In this document: positions 24,442 through 32,428 of the stretch, piece by piece
How positions within the stretch are numbered: the stretch's first letter is position 1
Layout: each line of letters starts with the position of its first letter
Source of the DNA: Elusimicrobiota bacterium
GTDB lineage: Bacteria > Elusimicrobiota > Elusimicrobia > Elusimicrobiales > UBA9959
Assembly (NCBI GenBank): GCA_030637365.1
Contig: DAOWGR010000007.1
Coordinates: forward strand, 1-35,644
Reading direction: 5' to 3'
DNA length: 35,644 nt
Notes under the pieces: model-generated
Seen by the model: the letters and a program-made list of their open reading frames with translations, nothing else
Databases searched by the model: none
Told to the model about the DNA's origin: nothing
Made by a program: the position numbers and the translations under genes

Positions 24442-25935
24442 ATGAATAAGAGATTTACAAATTCGTCTAACAAAAAATCGGCATCCCAGACAAAAGCCAA
24501 GTTTAAAAAGGAAATTTTCGCCAATACTTCTTTTGAAGAAACAAGAATTGCCATTATGGAGGATGATAATTTGGCCGAGCTTTTTTGGGAACGGCGCGGG
24601 ACGGCCAATATTGTGGGTAATATTTACAAAGGCACGGTGGAAAATGTTCTTCCCGGAATATCAAGCGCGTTTATAAATATAGGGCTTAATAAAAATGCGT
24701 ACATATATATATCGGATGTATTGGGCAGTCACAGAGACGGTATTGAGAGGCTGTTGAAAAGAAATCAGCATGTAATGGTGCAAGTTTCCAAGGACGCTAT
24801 CGGAACCAAGGGCATGAAGGTTACCATGGATATTTCTTTGCCCGGTCGTTATTTGGTTCTTACTCCCGTTCAAGAATTTGTGGGCGTTTCCAAGAATATA
24901 GATAATCATGAAGAGCGCAAAAGGCTTAGTGAGATTATAAAAAAAATCGCCAAATCAAATGATTTGGATAAAAAAGGCTGTATTGTAAGAACGGAAGCGG
25001 AAGGCGCCAGTGAAAAAGAGCTTGAAAGAGAGCTTAAATATCTTATGCGCACTTGGGAATCAATAATGAAGCGTTTTGAATCATCGCGTTCTCCTCATGT
25101 TTTGCATAAGGATATGGATTTAACTCTTCAAATGGTTAGAGATATTTTATCCGATGAAGTTTCCATATACATGCTTAATAATAAAGAGGATTATAATAAT
25201 GTTTTGGATCTTGTTAAGAAAATTTCGCCCGAATTAAAGGATAGAATTAGATTTTATAATAATAAAACGTCCATATTTAAGGCTTTTGATATTGAAAAAT
25301 CGATTACGGAATTAAGAAAAATAAAGATTCCTTTGCCTAATGGCGGCAGTATAATAATACAGGAGGCGGAGTCTTTATGCGCGATAGATGTTAATACGGG
25401 GCGTTTTACCGGTTCGCGTTCTCAAGAAGAGACAGTGACATTGACCAATGTGGAAGCCGCGCGCGAGGTGGCGCGCCAATTGCGTCTTAGAAATATCGGG
25501 GGAATAGTGGTCATAGATTTTATTGACATGAAGAGGGCGTCAAACCGCCATCGCATAGTGAGCACTCTCGAGAAAGCTGTTAAAAGAGACAGGGCTAAAA
25601 TAAGAATTTTGCCGATAACTCGCCTTGGTCTTGTTGAAATGACAAGAGAAAGAAAAAGAGAGAGTACGGTAAGTCTTCTTACCGAGGAATGTCCCGAATG
25701 CCACGGTTCGGGCAGAGTTCTTTCTTCCGAGAGCATAAGAATAAAAATACAGCGTGAAATTCAGAATTTAACTTTAGGCAGGCCAGGCGGAAATTTAAGG
25801 ATTATAGTGCATCCGATGATACTTGAAATACTAAAGAAGAAGCAGCATATAATTGAGAAAAATGTGCATAGAAGCGTGAAATTATTTTCCGACCCGATGC
25901 TTACATGGGAAGATTATAAATTGATACTTGAATAA
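24442..25935 (+). CDS. rng: Ribonuclease E/G family endoribonuclease (RNase G-like)
   Basis: S1 domain GNIYKGTVENVLPGISSAFINIGLNKNAYIYISDV. The catalytic region carries CAIDVNTGRF and RLRNIGGIVVIDFIDM. The Zn-link CPECHGSGRV is present. Confidence 0.93.
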   Translation: MNKRFTNSSNKKSASQTKAKFKKEIFANTSFEETRIAIMEDDNLAELFWERRGTANIVGNIYKGTVENVLPGISSAFINIGLNKNAYIYISDVLGSHRDGIERLLKRNQHVMVQVSKDAIGTKGMKVTMDISLPGRYLVLTPVQEFVGVSKNIDNHEERKRLSEIIKKIAKSNDLDKKGCIVRTEAEGASEKELERELKYLMRTWESIMKRFESSRSPHVLHKDMDLTLQMVRDILSDEVSIYMLNNKEDYNNVLDLVKKISPELKDRIRFYNNKTSIFKAFDIEKSITELRKIKIPLPNGGSIIIQEAESLCAIDVNTGRFTGSRSQEETVTLTNVEAAREVARQLRLRNIGGIVVIDFIDMKRASNRHRIVSTLEKAVKRDRAKIRILPITRLGLVEMTRERKRESTVSLLTEECPECHGSGRVLSSESIRIKIQREIQNLTLGRPGGNLRIIVHPMILEILKKKQHIIEKNVHRSVKLFSDPMLTWEDYKLILE

Positions 25936-25936
25936 A

Positions 25937-26050
25937 ACGGCAGGTCAAGATTGAGGTTGAGGTTAAGAACGGCAAGGAATATAAAAGCAATTAAACTCAG
26001 TGTATATTTTTAGGTTGTTCATAGTCTTGATCTTAATCTTGACCTGCCGT
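25937..26050 (+). repeat. Intergenic hexamer-repeat hairpin element, copy D (best-paired copy; rng-amidase spacer)
   Basis: A perfect 16-bp stem pairs acggcaggtcaagatt (25937-25952) with aatcttgacctgccgt (26035-26050). It extends through 18 more positions (25953-25970 / 26017-26034): 11 Watson-Crick, 6 G.U and 1 mismatch. The element starts 2 nt after the rng stop and ends 16 nt before the amidase ATG. Confidence 0.8.
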
Positions 26051-26065
26051 TAACGGAGGATTTTG

Positions 26066-27784
26066 ATGAGTAAATATTTAAAGACGGTAAAAATGGTTTT
26101 ATTGTCGCTATTGGTGTTTTCTTCCATGGCTTATGCCAAGATGACTAAAATAGCCTTTATGAAAAACGGAGCCTATGTCGGAAAAATCAATACATATATT
26201 CTCAGTGACAAGATATTTTTGGACGCGTCCAAAACCGCAAAGCTTTTAGGCGGTAAGATTTACTGGTATCCCGTTTCAGGCAAGCTTTTTTTTCAGGTGA
26301 AAGGAAATAAAATTATTTTTTATCGCGATAAGGACGAGATAATTTTAAACAAAGAAAAAGTGTCAGTGTCCCGGCCATATATAGTAAGAGGAGGGAAAGC
26401 CTTTATTTCAAAAGATTTTTTGATATCCGAGGATTTTTCAAAAGCTTTTAATTTTAAGCTCGCGTATAATGAAAAAACGGGCGTTATGGAGGAGGCGCAT
26501 AGCATTAATATCAATTCCGTGAATCACTTTTCATATAAAGACAGAACGAGAATAGTGATTTATATGTCTGAAGCTCTTGAGTATCAGGAAAGTCTGAAAG
26601 AAAGAAACCTTTTAAGCGTTAATATACTGGGCGGCATGCTGTATGCTGATGAGAAAATCGGCATAAATAACGGGATAATTAAGAATATGGAAATGTTTCA
26701 GGAGAATAAGTGCGCCAAAATCGGAATATCTCTGGGCGAAAATTTTAAGGAATATAAAAGTTTTACTTTACAATTGCCGAATAGGCTGGTTTTTGACATA
26801 TATGGCGTGAATGCGGCCGGAAGCAAGAGCGATATATCTTCGGATATTATTGAGTCCGGCGACGAAGATAGTGATATTCCCATTATAGTCCCGCGACGGG
26901 ATTTTAGCGGGAAAGCGGGTGAAGGGGAAGCTCCGGAAATTACCGTTAATGGAGGAGAGAGTTCAAATGCTGCCGGCGCTTTGGGTGCTCCGTCCATTTT
27001 GTCAGATTCCAATCAAAATTTAAGCAAAGAGAGCAATGCGTTAAAGAATGTTTCCGAACTGAAGATGCCGAATATTCCCGATAAAATGATATTGGATAAA
27101 TCATCAATAAAAAGAATCGTCATAGACGCGGGGCATGGAGGAAGAGACGGCGGCGGCCGGCAAATATTCGGACTAAAAGAAAAAACCATTAATTTAAAGG
27201 TGGCAAAACTTCTTTTATGGAAGCTTGAAAAAGTAAAAGGTTTCAAAGTTTCAATGACCAGAGATTCGGATGTTTTCGTTCCTTTGCGCGAAAGGTCTAA
27301 AATCGCGAATGAATACGGCGCCGATTTATTTATATCCATTCACGCCAATGCGTCAAGGCATAAAAGGAATCAGGGATTTGAAATATATTTTATGTCGGAA
27401 AACGCTTCGGACCCATGGGCGGCGGAAGTGGCGGATTATGAAAATTCCGTAATAAGATTTGAAGAAAAACAAGAGGAGCCTGATCCGGCGGCTTTGCTTT
27501 TGCATTCATTGGCAAGAAATGAATACATGAATGAAGGAAGCAAATTGGCTGGTTATGTCGCCAAGGAATTTGATAAGCGGACCCCTTTTGTGAATCGCGG
27601 GGTTAAACAAGCGGCTTTTTATGTTTTAAGGGGAACTTACGCGCCCGGCATTCTTGTTGAAATGGGTTTTATGACCAATCGCAAGGATCAAGCCAATTTG
27701 TGCAAACTCAGCGTAAGAAAGAAAATAGCCGATTCCATATACAGAGGCGTGCTTAATTACGCCAAAATGAAAAAGTGGAGATAA
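26066..27784 (+). CDS. N-acetylmuramoyl-L-alanine amidase (Amidase_3, AmiC-like) with an N-terminal targeting domain and a long low-complexity linker
   Basis: It has a signal peptide and an AMIN-like segment (RIVIYMSEALEY...LVFDIYGV). An acidic/Ser-rich linker follows. The catalytic domain carries IVIDAGHGGRDGG, DLFISIHANA and VEMGFMTN. ATG 26066 has a GGAGGA SD 5 nt upstream. Confidence 0.9.
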   Translation: MSKYLKTVKMVLLSLLVFSSMAYAKMTKIAFMKNGAYVGKINTYILSDKIFLDASKTAKLLGGKIYWYPVSGKLFFQVKGNKIIFYRDKDEIILNKEKVSVSRPYIVRGGKAFISKDFLISEDFSKAFNFKLAYNEKTGVMEEAHSININSVNHFSYKDRTRIVIYMSEALEYQESLKERNLLSVNILGGMLYADEKIGINNGIIKNMEMFQENKCAKIGISLGENFKEYKSFTLQLPNRLVFDIYGVNAAGSKSDISSDIIESGDEDSDIPIIVPRRDFSGKAGEGEAPEITVNGGESSNAAGALGAPSILSDSNQNLSKESNALKNVSELKMPNIPDKMILDKSSIKRIVIDAGHGGRDGGGRQIFGLKEKTINLKVAKLLLWKLEKVKGFKVSMTRDSDVFVPLRERSKIANEYGADLFISIHANASRHKRNQGFEIYFMSENASDPWAAEVADYENSVIRFEEKQEEPDPAALLLHSLARNEYMNEGSKLAGYVAKEFDKRTPFVNRGVKQAAFYVLRGTYAPGILVEMGFMTNRKDQANLCKLSVRKKIADSIYRGVLNYAKMKKWR

Positions 27785-27788
27785 ATAT

Positions 27789-29537
27789 ATGAAAAATCCC
27801 ATTTTATTTAAAATAGCGGTTTTAATTATTATGGGGTTGTCTTTTTTTCTTTGTCTTAGGGGACTTAAATTCGGGCTTCCAAGCGTTCAACAAAACAAAG
27901 TGCTTTTTTCCGATTCTAAAGAGGAGAAAATTTTAATTCCGTTAATGGTGAAAAGGCGTCAGGAGATATATTCCCACTATTCCGATATCGGTAAAACACA
28001 TCAGCAACAAATCAGGATTCCCAAAGCCGGAAATATATCGGTCAATCTATCCGGAAATAGGATTTCAATTTCAGAAAATAAATTAGACGCCATGAGATCT
28101 TTTATGATGAAGTCGCAGTTGCCCGATGAGCCGTTTATTTTAAAAGTCGTATCACAGATAAATTGGCGGGAATTTGATTTTAACCCGAGATTTTTCGCTT
28201 ATGGCGGAGGATATCTTTATTCGGCGGGTGCGGCTTATAAGGCCGCTTCTTTGCTGGGTTTGATAAAAATCGGCGACGCGGCGTATTATTTGTCTAATCC
28301 CCGCGAAGTGGCCAAATTATATATGGCGCCGAAAGTTTTGGCGGCGCTGGCGTTTGTTTTATCCATTCCTTTAATGTTTATGCTGGGCAGGGAATTATAC
28401 GGTTTTAAAACAGGTTTGATAGCCGGACTTTTTTACGCTTTTACGCCCATTATAACGGTTTATTCTCATTTTTATAAGCCGCATGTGCTTATTTTGCCAT
28501 TGGTTTTAATAAGCATGCTTGGCGCCGCCAAATTGTTAAGGTCAGATAAAGGAATATGGTATATTGTCGCCGGTTTGTTCGCGGGGCTTGCCGCCGGAAC
28601 TTTTTATTTCGCGGGGGCGGTTATTTTGTGCGCTTGCGGAAGTCACATCGTAAAATGTTTTTCAAAATACTCTTTGAGAGAAACGAGTAAAATCATAAAG
28701 GCGGCGCTTAATAAAAACCTTGCCATATTGTGCGGCTTTGTGGCAGTCGGTTTTTTTATTGTTAATCCGTATTGGCTTGTGGTCTATAAGGATGGTTGGT
28801 TTGAGAGAGGAGGATTGGGGCGCTGTTCCGCGCCGCATATTGCATGGACGGATGCTGTTAAATATCTGTTTATAACCATTCCCGCGGGCGTGGGATGGTT
28901 TGCCGGAACATTGTTTTTTTGCGGTTTGTTTTTTGCTTTTATCAGGCGGTCAAAGGAAGACTTTATGCTTTTGTTTCTTCTCGTTCCATTCTTAATGTAT
29001 GCCGCGAGCTCTTCTCCAATCTATTGGCATGAAGATTTGCATATGAGCATGGTCGTTGTTCCCTGCATTATTCTTTTGGCTGCCAGATTTTGCGCCAAAT
29101 TTCCGGCGATTGGAAAATTTCGCGGTTTGGGCTTAGCGCTTGCGGCTTTAGCGTCAATTTTCACTTTGTGCAATTCATTTTATTACAGCGAGATTTTTGT
29201 TATGAGCAATAATAAATTAAAGGCGGGTTCGTGGATTAATGAAAACATAAAGCCCGATTCCATAATCGGCTCATACAAACCGTTTTTCTCGGATTATAAG
29301 GGGCATGTTCCGTTTCGTCAAGCGGCTTATAATTTGGTGAGCGGTCCGTCCGCTTTTGAGAACGCCGATTTTTATATTACCGTGGGGAGTGAAGAAAAAG
29401 AGGCAAAACATTCGTTTGAAAAAAATTACGCGGCGGAAAAAAAATTTTCCAGGCCTCGTCTGATGTTGGATCGGTTTTTCAGTAATCATATAGTTCCGTT
29501 TATGGACGAGGATGTTGTTATTTATAAAAGAAAGTGA
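27789..29537 (+). CDS. Polytopic GT-C fold glycosyltransferase (family 39/83, ArnT/PMT-like; polyprenyl-phosphate-sugar dependent)
   Basis: 582 aa with more than 10 predicted TM helices. The first extracytoplasmic loop carries FGLP...PDEPF...FNPRFFAYGGGYLY, which resembles the DE-loop signature of PMT_2/ArnT-like enzymes. A GT2 polyprenyl-P sugar synthase-like gene lies nearby. Confidence 0.65.
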   Translation: MKNPILFKIAVLIIMGLSFFLCLRGLKFGLPSVQQNKVLFSDSKEEKILIPLMVKRRQEIYSHYSDIGKTHQQQIRIPKAGNISVNLSGNRISISENKLDAMRSFMMKSQLPDEPFILKVVSQINWREFDFNPRFFAYGGGYLYSAGAAYKAASLLGLIKIGDAAYYLSNPREVAKLYMAPKVLAALAFVLSIPLMFMLGRELYGFKTGLIAGLFYAFTPIITVYSHFYKPHVLILPLVLISMLGAAKLLRSDKGIWYIVAGLFAGLAAGTFYFAGAVILCACGSHIVKCFSKYSLRETSKIIKAALNKNLAILCGFVAVGFFIVNPYWLVVYKDGWFERGGLGRCSAPHIAWTDAVKYLFITIPAGVGWFAGTLFFCGLFFAFIRRSKEDFMLLFLLVPFLMYAASSSPIYWHEDLHMSMVVVPCIILLAARFCAKFPAIGKFRGLGLALAALASIFTLCNSFYYSEIFVMSNNKLKAGSWINENIKPDSIIGSYKPFFSDYKGHVPFRQAAYNLVSGPSAFENADFYITVGSEEKEAKHSFEKNYAAEKKFSRPRLMLDRFFSNHIVPFMDEDVVIYKRK

Positions 29538-29854
29538 AAATATTCATGAAACCGGCGGAGCCGCGCGTTCAAGTCATAAATCTTAATTTTTTCGAATACA
29601 AGCTTGTGATAATCAATTTTATAGTGTGAAACCGCGATTTTGGAACGAGGATATTGGAGAATAATTTAATGGAACACAGAAACGGAGTTGGTGTATCTCG
29701 AAAAAAATTGTCCGGTAAAGAGAAACGACGAGGCATAAATCGAATCTTCGGCGTTATCCGCATAAGGGGGCTCCTCTTTTTAAAGGTTCTTTTGTCCAAC
29801 CTGCGTTTTACCAGCGCGTTGGAGCGTGTTTGGCGCGGTCGTTTTAAGAGAACC

Positions 29855-30736
29855 ATGAGTGATTTTCTGAAAAGTGATTCGTCTTTTTTGCCTACCAGAC
29901 AATGGCATATAATTTCCTTTTTTTACCGCATGGTGTTCAGAGGCCTTGGCTTTGCGGGATTCAAAACGACTTTCGGCCGTTTTCTCGCGGCCTATGAACC
30001 CGGTAATTCGCGTTTGTTTGAGGCGCTTCATCATCTCTACATGTCTGCTCTTGAGCGAAGGGACACATGGGGGCTTCTGCGATTCATGGAGGAGCCTTTG
30101 CTTGGCGAAGGAGATTTTGTAGTCAACAAGGGCAAGCGTTTAAGCCTTGATCTTCTTCAATCAATCGACGAGTTTTATTGCCTGCAGGAAGCGCTGAATT
30201 TTAAAAAAGACGATTCAATGGTGTTTTGTGAGTTGGGAGGAGGATATGGAAGGTTCGCGGAAATAGTTATGGCCGCCATGCCCAACGCGACCTACCTCAT
30301 TTTCGATCTGCCTGAATCCCTAATCTTGGCCCAGTATTATCTGTCAAAGCTGCATCCGGAACGCAAAATGGCTTTTTATCCCGAATCTCTGGAGTGTGTC
30401 CGTTCACGCGAAAAACTTTCCTCTTACCGGCTTGTTTTCGGATTGCCCCATCAACTGAAGGAACTTCCTAAAAACTACATCAATGTTTTTATAAATGTTT
30501 ATTCATTCATGGAAATGGGGGCCAAACAGGTAAATGGATATTTCGATATCATCGAACAGCTTCAGGTGGGCGCTTTATATCTCAAACAGCACAAACACGA
30601 GATTAATCTGCTTGACCAAGCCGTATACACGGATGAAAGTTATCCCATTCGCCCTTCGTGGCGAAGAATTTATCATGGGACCTCGACTCTTTATGAAAAT
30701 GTTTTTGAAGCCGTTTACCTGATAAATAAAACCTAA
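29855..30736 (+). CDS. SAM-dependent methyltransferase, putative sugar O-methyltransferase-like
   Basis: The Rossmann SAM motif FCELGGGYGRFAEIVMAAMPNATYLIFDLPE is present. The start is uncertain: the ORF is open from 29654, but the first 67 codons are Arg/Lys-rich and look non-coding. GC content and C-ending codon use are higher than in the neighbours. Confidence 0.6.
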   Translation: MSDFLKSDSSFLPTRQWHIISFFYRMVFRGLGFAGFKTTFGRFLAAYEPGNSRLFEALHHLYMSALERRDTWGLLRFMEEPLLGEGDFVVNKGKRLSLDLLQSIDEFYCLQEALNFKKDDSMVFCELGGGYGRFAEIVMAAMPNATYLIFDLPESLILAQYYLSKLHPERKMAFYPESLECVRSREKLSSYRLVFGLPHQLKELPKNYINVFINVYSFMEMGAKQVNGYFDIIEQLQVGALYLKQHKHEINLLDQAVYTDESYPIRPSWRRIYHGTSTLYENVFEAVYLINKT

Positions 30737-30855
30737 ATAACAATGAATTTCCCGGAACAGCCAAGTTGTTTTATTTTGATAATATTGGTATTCATAAAAT
30801 GCGAAATTTTAATGCTTTGGCGCAATTAGCGCATACAAAGAAGTTTAAGGACATT

Positions 30856-30864
30856 TGTTATAAT
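30856..30864 (+). promoter_or_regulatory. Candidate extended -10 promoter element (TGtTATAAT) for the radical SAM operon
   Basis: An exact TGnTATAAT lies 175 nt upstream of ATG 31039, inside a 302-nt AT-rich non-coding gap. There is no good -35 box. Confidence 0.3.
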
Positions 30865-31038
30865 GCTGTAACGGATTAAGCGGCGATGCGTGAGAAACGG
30901 TTTTTACCGGTTGCCATTATCAATAAATAATATATCTTGAAGTTTTGCATGGCCGTTAACATATTCCATGCAAATAGTATAAGTAAAAGAGCTTAAAGGA
31001 AAAGTTTTCCGCTGAAAAAGCGGGGCTAATTTAAAAAA

Positions 31039-32427
31039 ATGAACATATTGCTGGTTAATCCGTCTTATAAAAGCGTTTACAGGGATTCCAAAGTAAAAGA
31101 AGGGGTTCCCATGTCGCCCGTATTAAGTCTGGCTGTTCTGGCCGCCAATTTGAGAAAGAAGCATAATGTTGGAATATTTGACGCCAATATATTTGAAAAT
31201 CCTTATAAAGAATTGGAAGATGAAATAATAAAGTTTTCGCCCGCGTATGTCGCCATAACATTCACAACGCCGCTCTACGATGAAATGCGGAAAATATCCG
31301 ATATGGCGAAAAAAATAAATTCTAAAATAATAACTATTGGCGGCGGAGCGCACGCTTCAGGCTTGCCTTATGACACTTTAAATGACAGCTCTCTTGATAT
31401 TGTGGTCGCGGGAGAAGGGGATTTTACTCTTGCCGAAATTATCAATGGAAAAGATTTAGGCGCGATTGACGGCATCTTTTATAAAAAAGACGGGAAAATA
31501 TTAAAAAATTCCGAAAGAGCTCTCGTAAAAGATCTTGATTCATTGCCTTTTCCCGCGTGGGATTTATTTGACATTAAAAAATACGCCGCGAGTGAACTTC
31601 TCGCGAGAAAAACTCCGGCCGGCTGGATTGAGACTTCGCGCGGCTGCGTGTTTAAATGCGCGTATTGCAATAAAAGCGTGTTTGGAAGCGCTTTTAGAGT
31701 CAAGAGCGTGAAAAGGGTTATTGAAGAAATGGAATATATGTTAAAGGCGGGTTTTAAAGAGATACATTTGGCGGACGACGCTTTTACCACGAATATAGAA
31801 AGGGCCAAGGAAATATGCCGGGAGATAATAAAAAGAGGGCTTGATTTTCCATGGGCTCCGGTAACGGGCATCCGAATAGACGGGGTTGACAAAGAATTAT
31901 TGGAGTTAATGAAAAAAGCGGGATGTTACAGGGTTTACTACGGAATAGAGTCGGGGAATCAAAAAGTATTGGACGGCATAGGCAAAGGAATAAAGCTTGA
32001 TCAGATAAGAAAAGTCGTGAAAATTTCAAAAGAAGTCGGGCTGGAAGTGTTTGGGTTTTTTATGATCGCGCTTCCCGGCGATACGGAGCGTTCAATAAGG
32101 GATACGATAAATTTCGCCAAAGAATTGGATTTGGATATGGCTAAAATGAGCGTAACCGTGCCGCTTCCGGCCACCAAACTTTATGAAGCGTGGAATAAAG
32201 AAGGGAAGATTAAAACAAATGTTTGGTCAAAATTTAATCTTTACTCCATTCCCAAAGACATATTTGATCATCCTGATTTGGCGTGGCCGGTGATTGAAAA
32301 ATATTACAGAAAGTTTTATATTGAGTTTTATTTTAGGCCGTCTTTCATAATAAAGTACATTGTCAAATCTTTGAAACAAGGAAGGTTGTTTTACGATATT
32401 AAATGTTTATTGAATACCAAATGGTAA
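31039..32427 (+). CDS. B12-binding domain radical SAM protein (class B radical SAM, methyltransferase-like)
   Basis: The N-terminal cobalamin-binding-like domain carries ILLVNPSY...VAITFTTPLY...IITIGGGAHAS. The radical SAM motif is CVFKCAYC (CX3CX2C) in ETSRGCVFKCAYCNK. Downstream motifs YYGIESG and MIALPGDT are present. Confidence 0.88.
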   Translation: MNILLVNPSYKSVYRDSKVKEGVPMSPVLSLAVLAANLRKKHNVGIFDANIFENPYKELEDEIIKFSPAYVAITFTTPLYDEMRKISDMAKKINSKIITIGGGAHASGLPYDTLNDSSLDIVVAGEGDFTLAEIINGKDLGAIDGIFYKKDGKILKNSERALVKDLDSLPFPAWDLFDIKKYAASELLARKTPAGWIETSRGCVFKCAYCNKSVFGSAFRVKSVKRVIEEMEYMLKAGFKEIHLADDAFTTNIERAKEICREIIKRGLDFPWAPVTGIRIDGVDKELLELMKKAGCYRVYYGIESGNQKVLDGIGKGIKLDQIRKVVKISKEVGLEVFGFFMIALPGDTERSIRDTINFAKELDLDMAKMSVTVPLPATKLYEAWNKEGKIKTNVWSKFNLYSIPKDIFDHPDLAWPVIEKYYRKFYIEFYFRPSFIIKYIVKSLKQGRLFYDIKCLLNTKW

Positions 32428-32428
32428 T

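Noticed and set aside
2185-26050. Interpretation of the hairpin elements as MITEs or REP-type mobile DNA
   Set aside because: This is not fully excluded but is less favoured. There are no clear target-site duplications. All copies share one orientation and a fixed position relative to the stop codon and SD. The many G.U pairs make the structure strand-specific at the RNA level.
29569-29856. 95-aa minus-strand ORF and the 67-codon upstream extension (29654-29854) of the methyltransferase
   Set aside because: Both are extremely Arg/Lys-rich with no motifs, which is characteristic of random frames. The region is treated as non-coding or as a decayed remnant.
30799-30879. 26-aa ORF (MRNFNALAQLAHTKKFKDICYNAVTD) upstream of the radical SAM gene, as a possible RiPP precursor
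   Set aside because: It has no SD and overlaps the candidate promoter. It lacks a leader/core-like architecture. The neighbouring enzymes (GT2, GT-C) point to glycan chemistry, not peptide chemistry. It is worth only a quick tblastn check.
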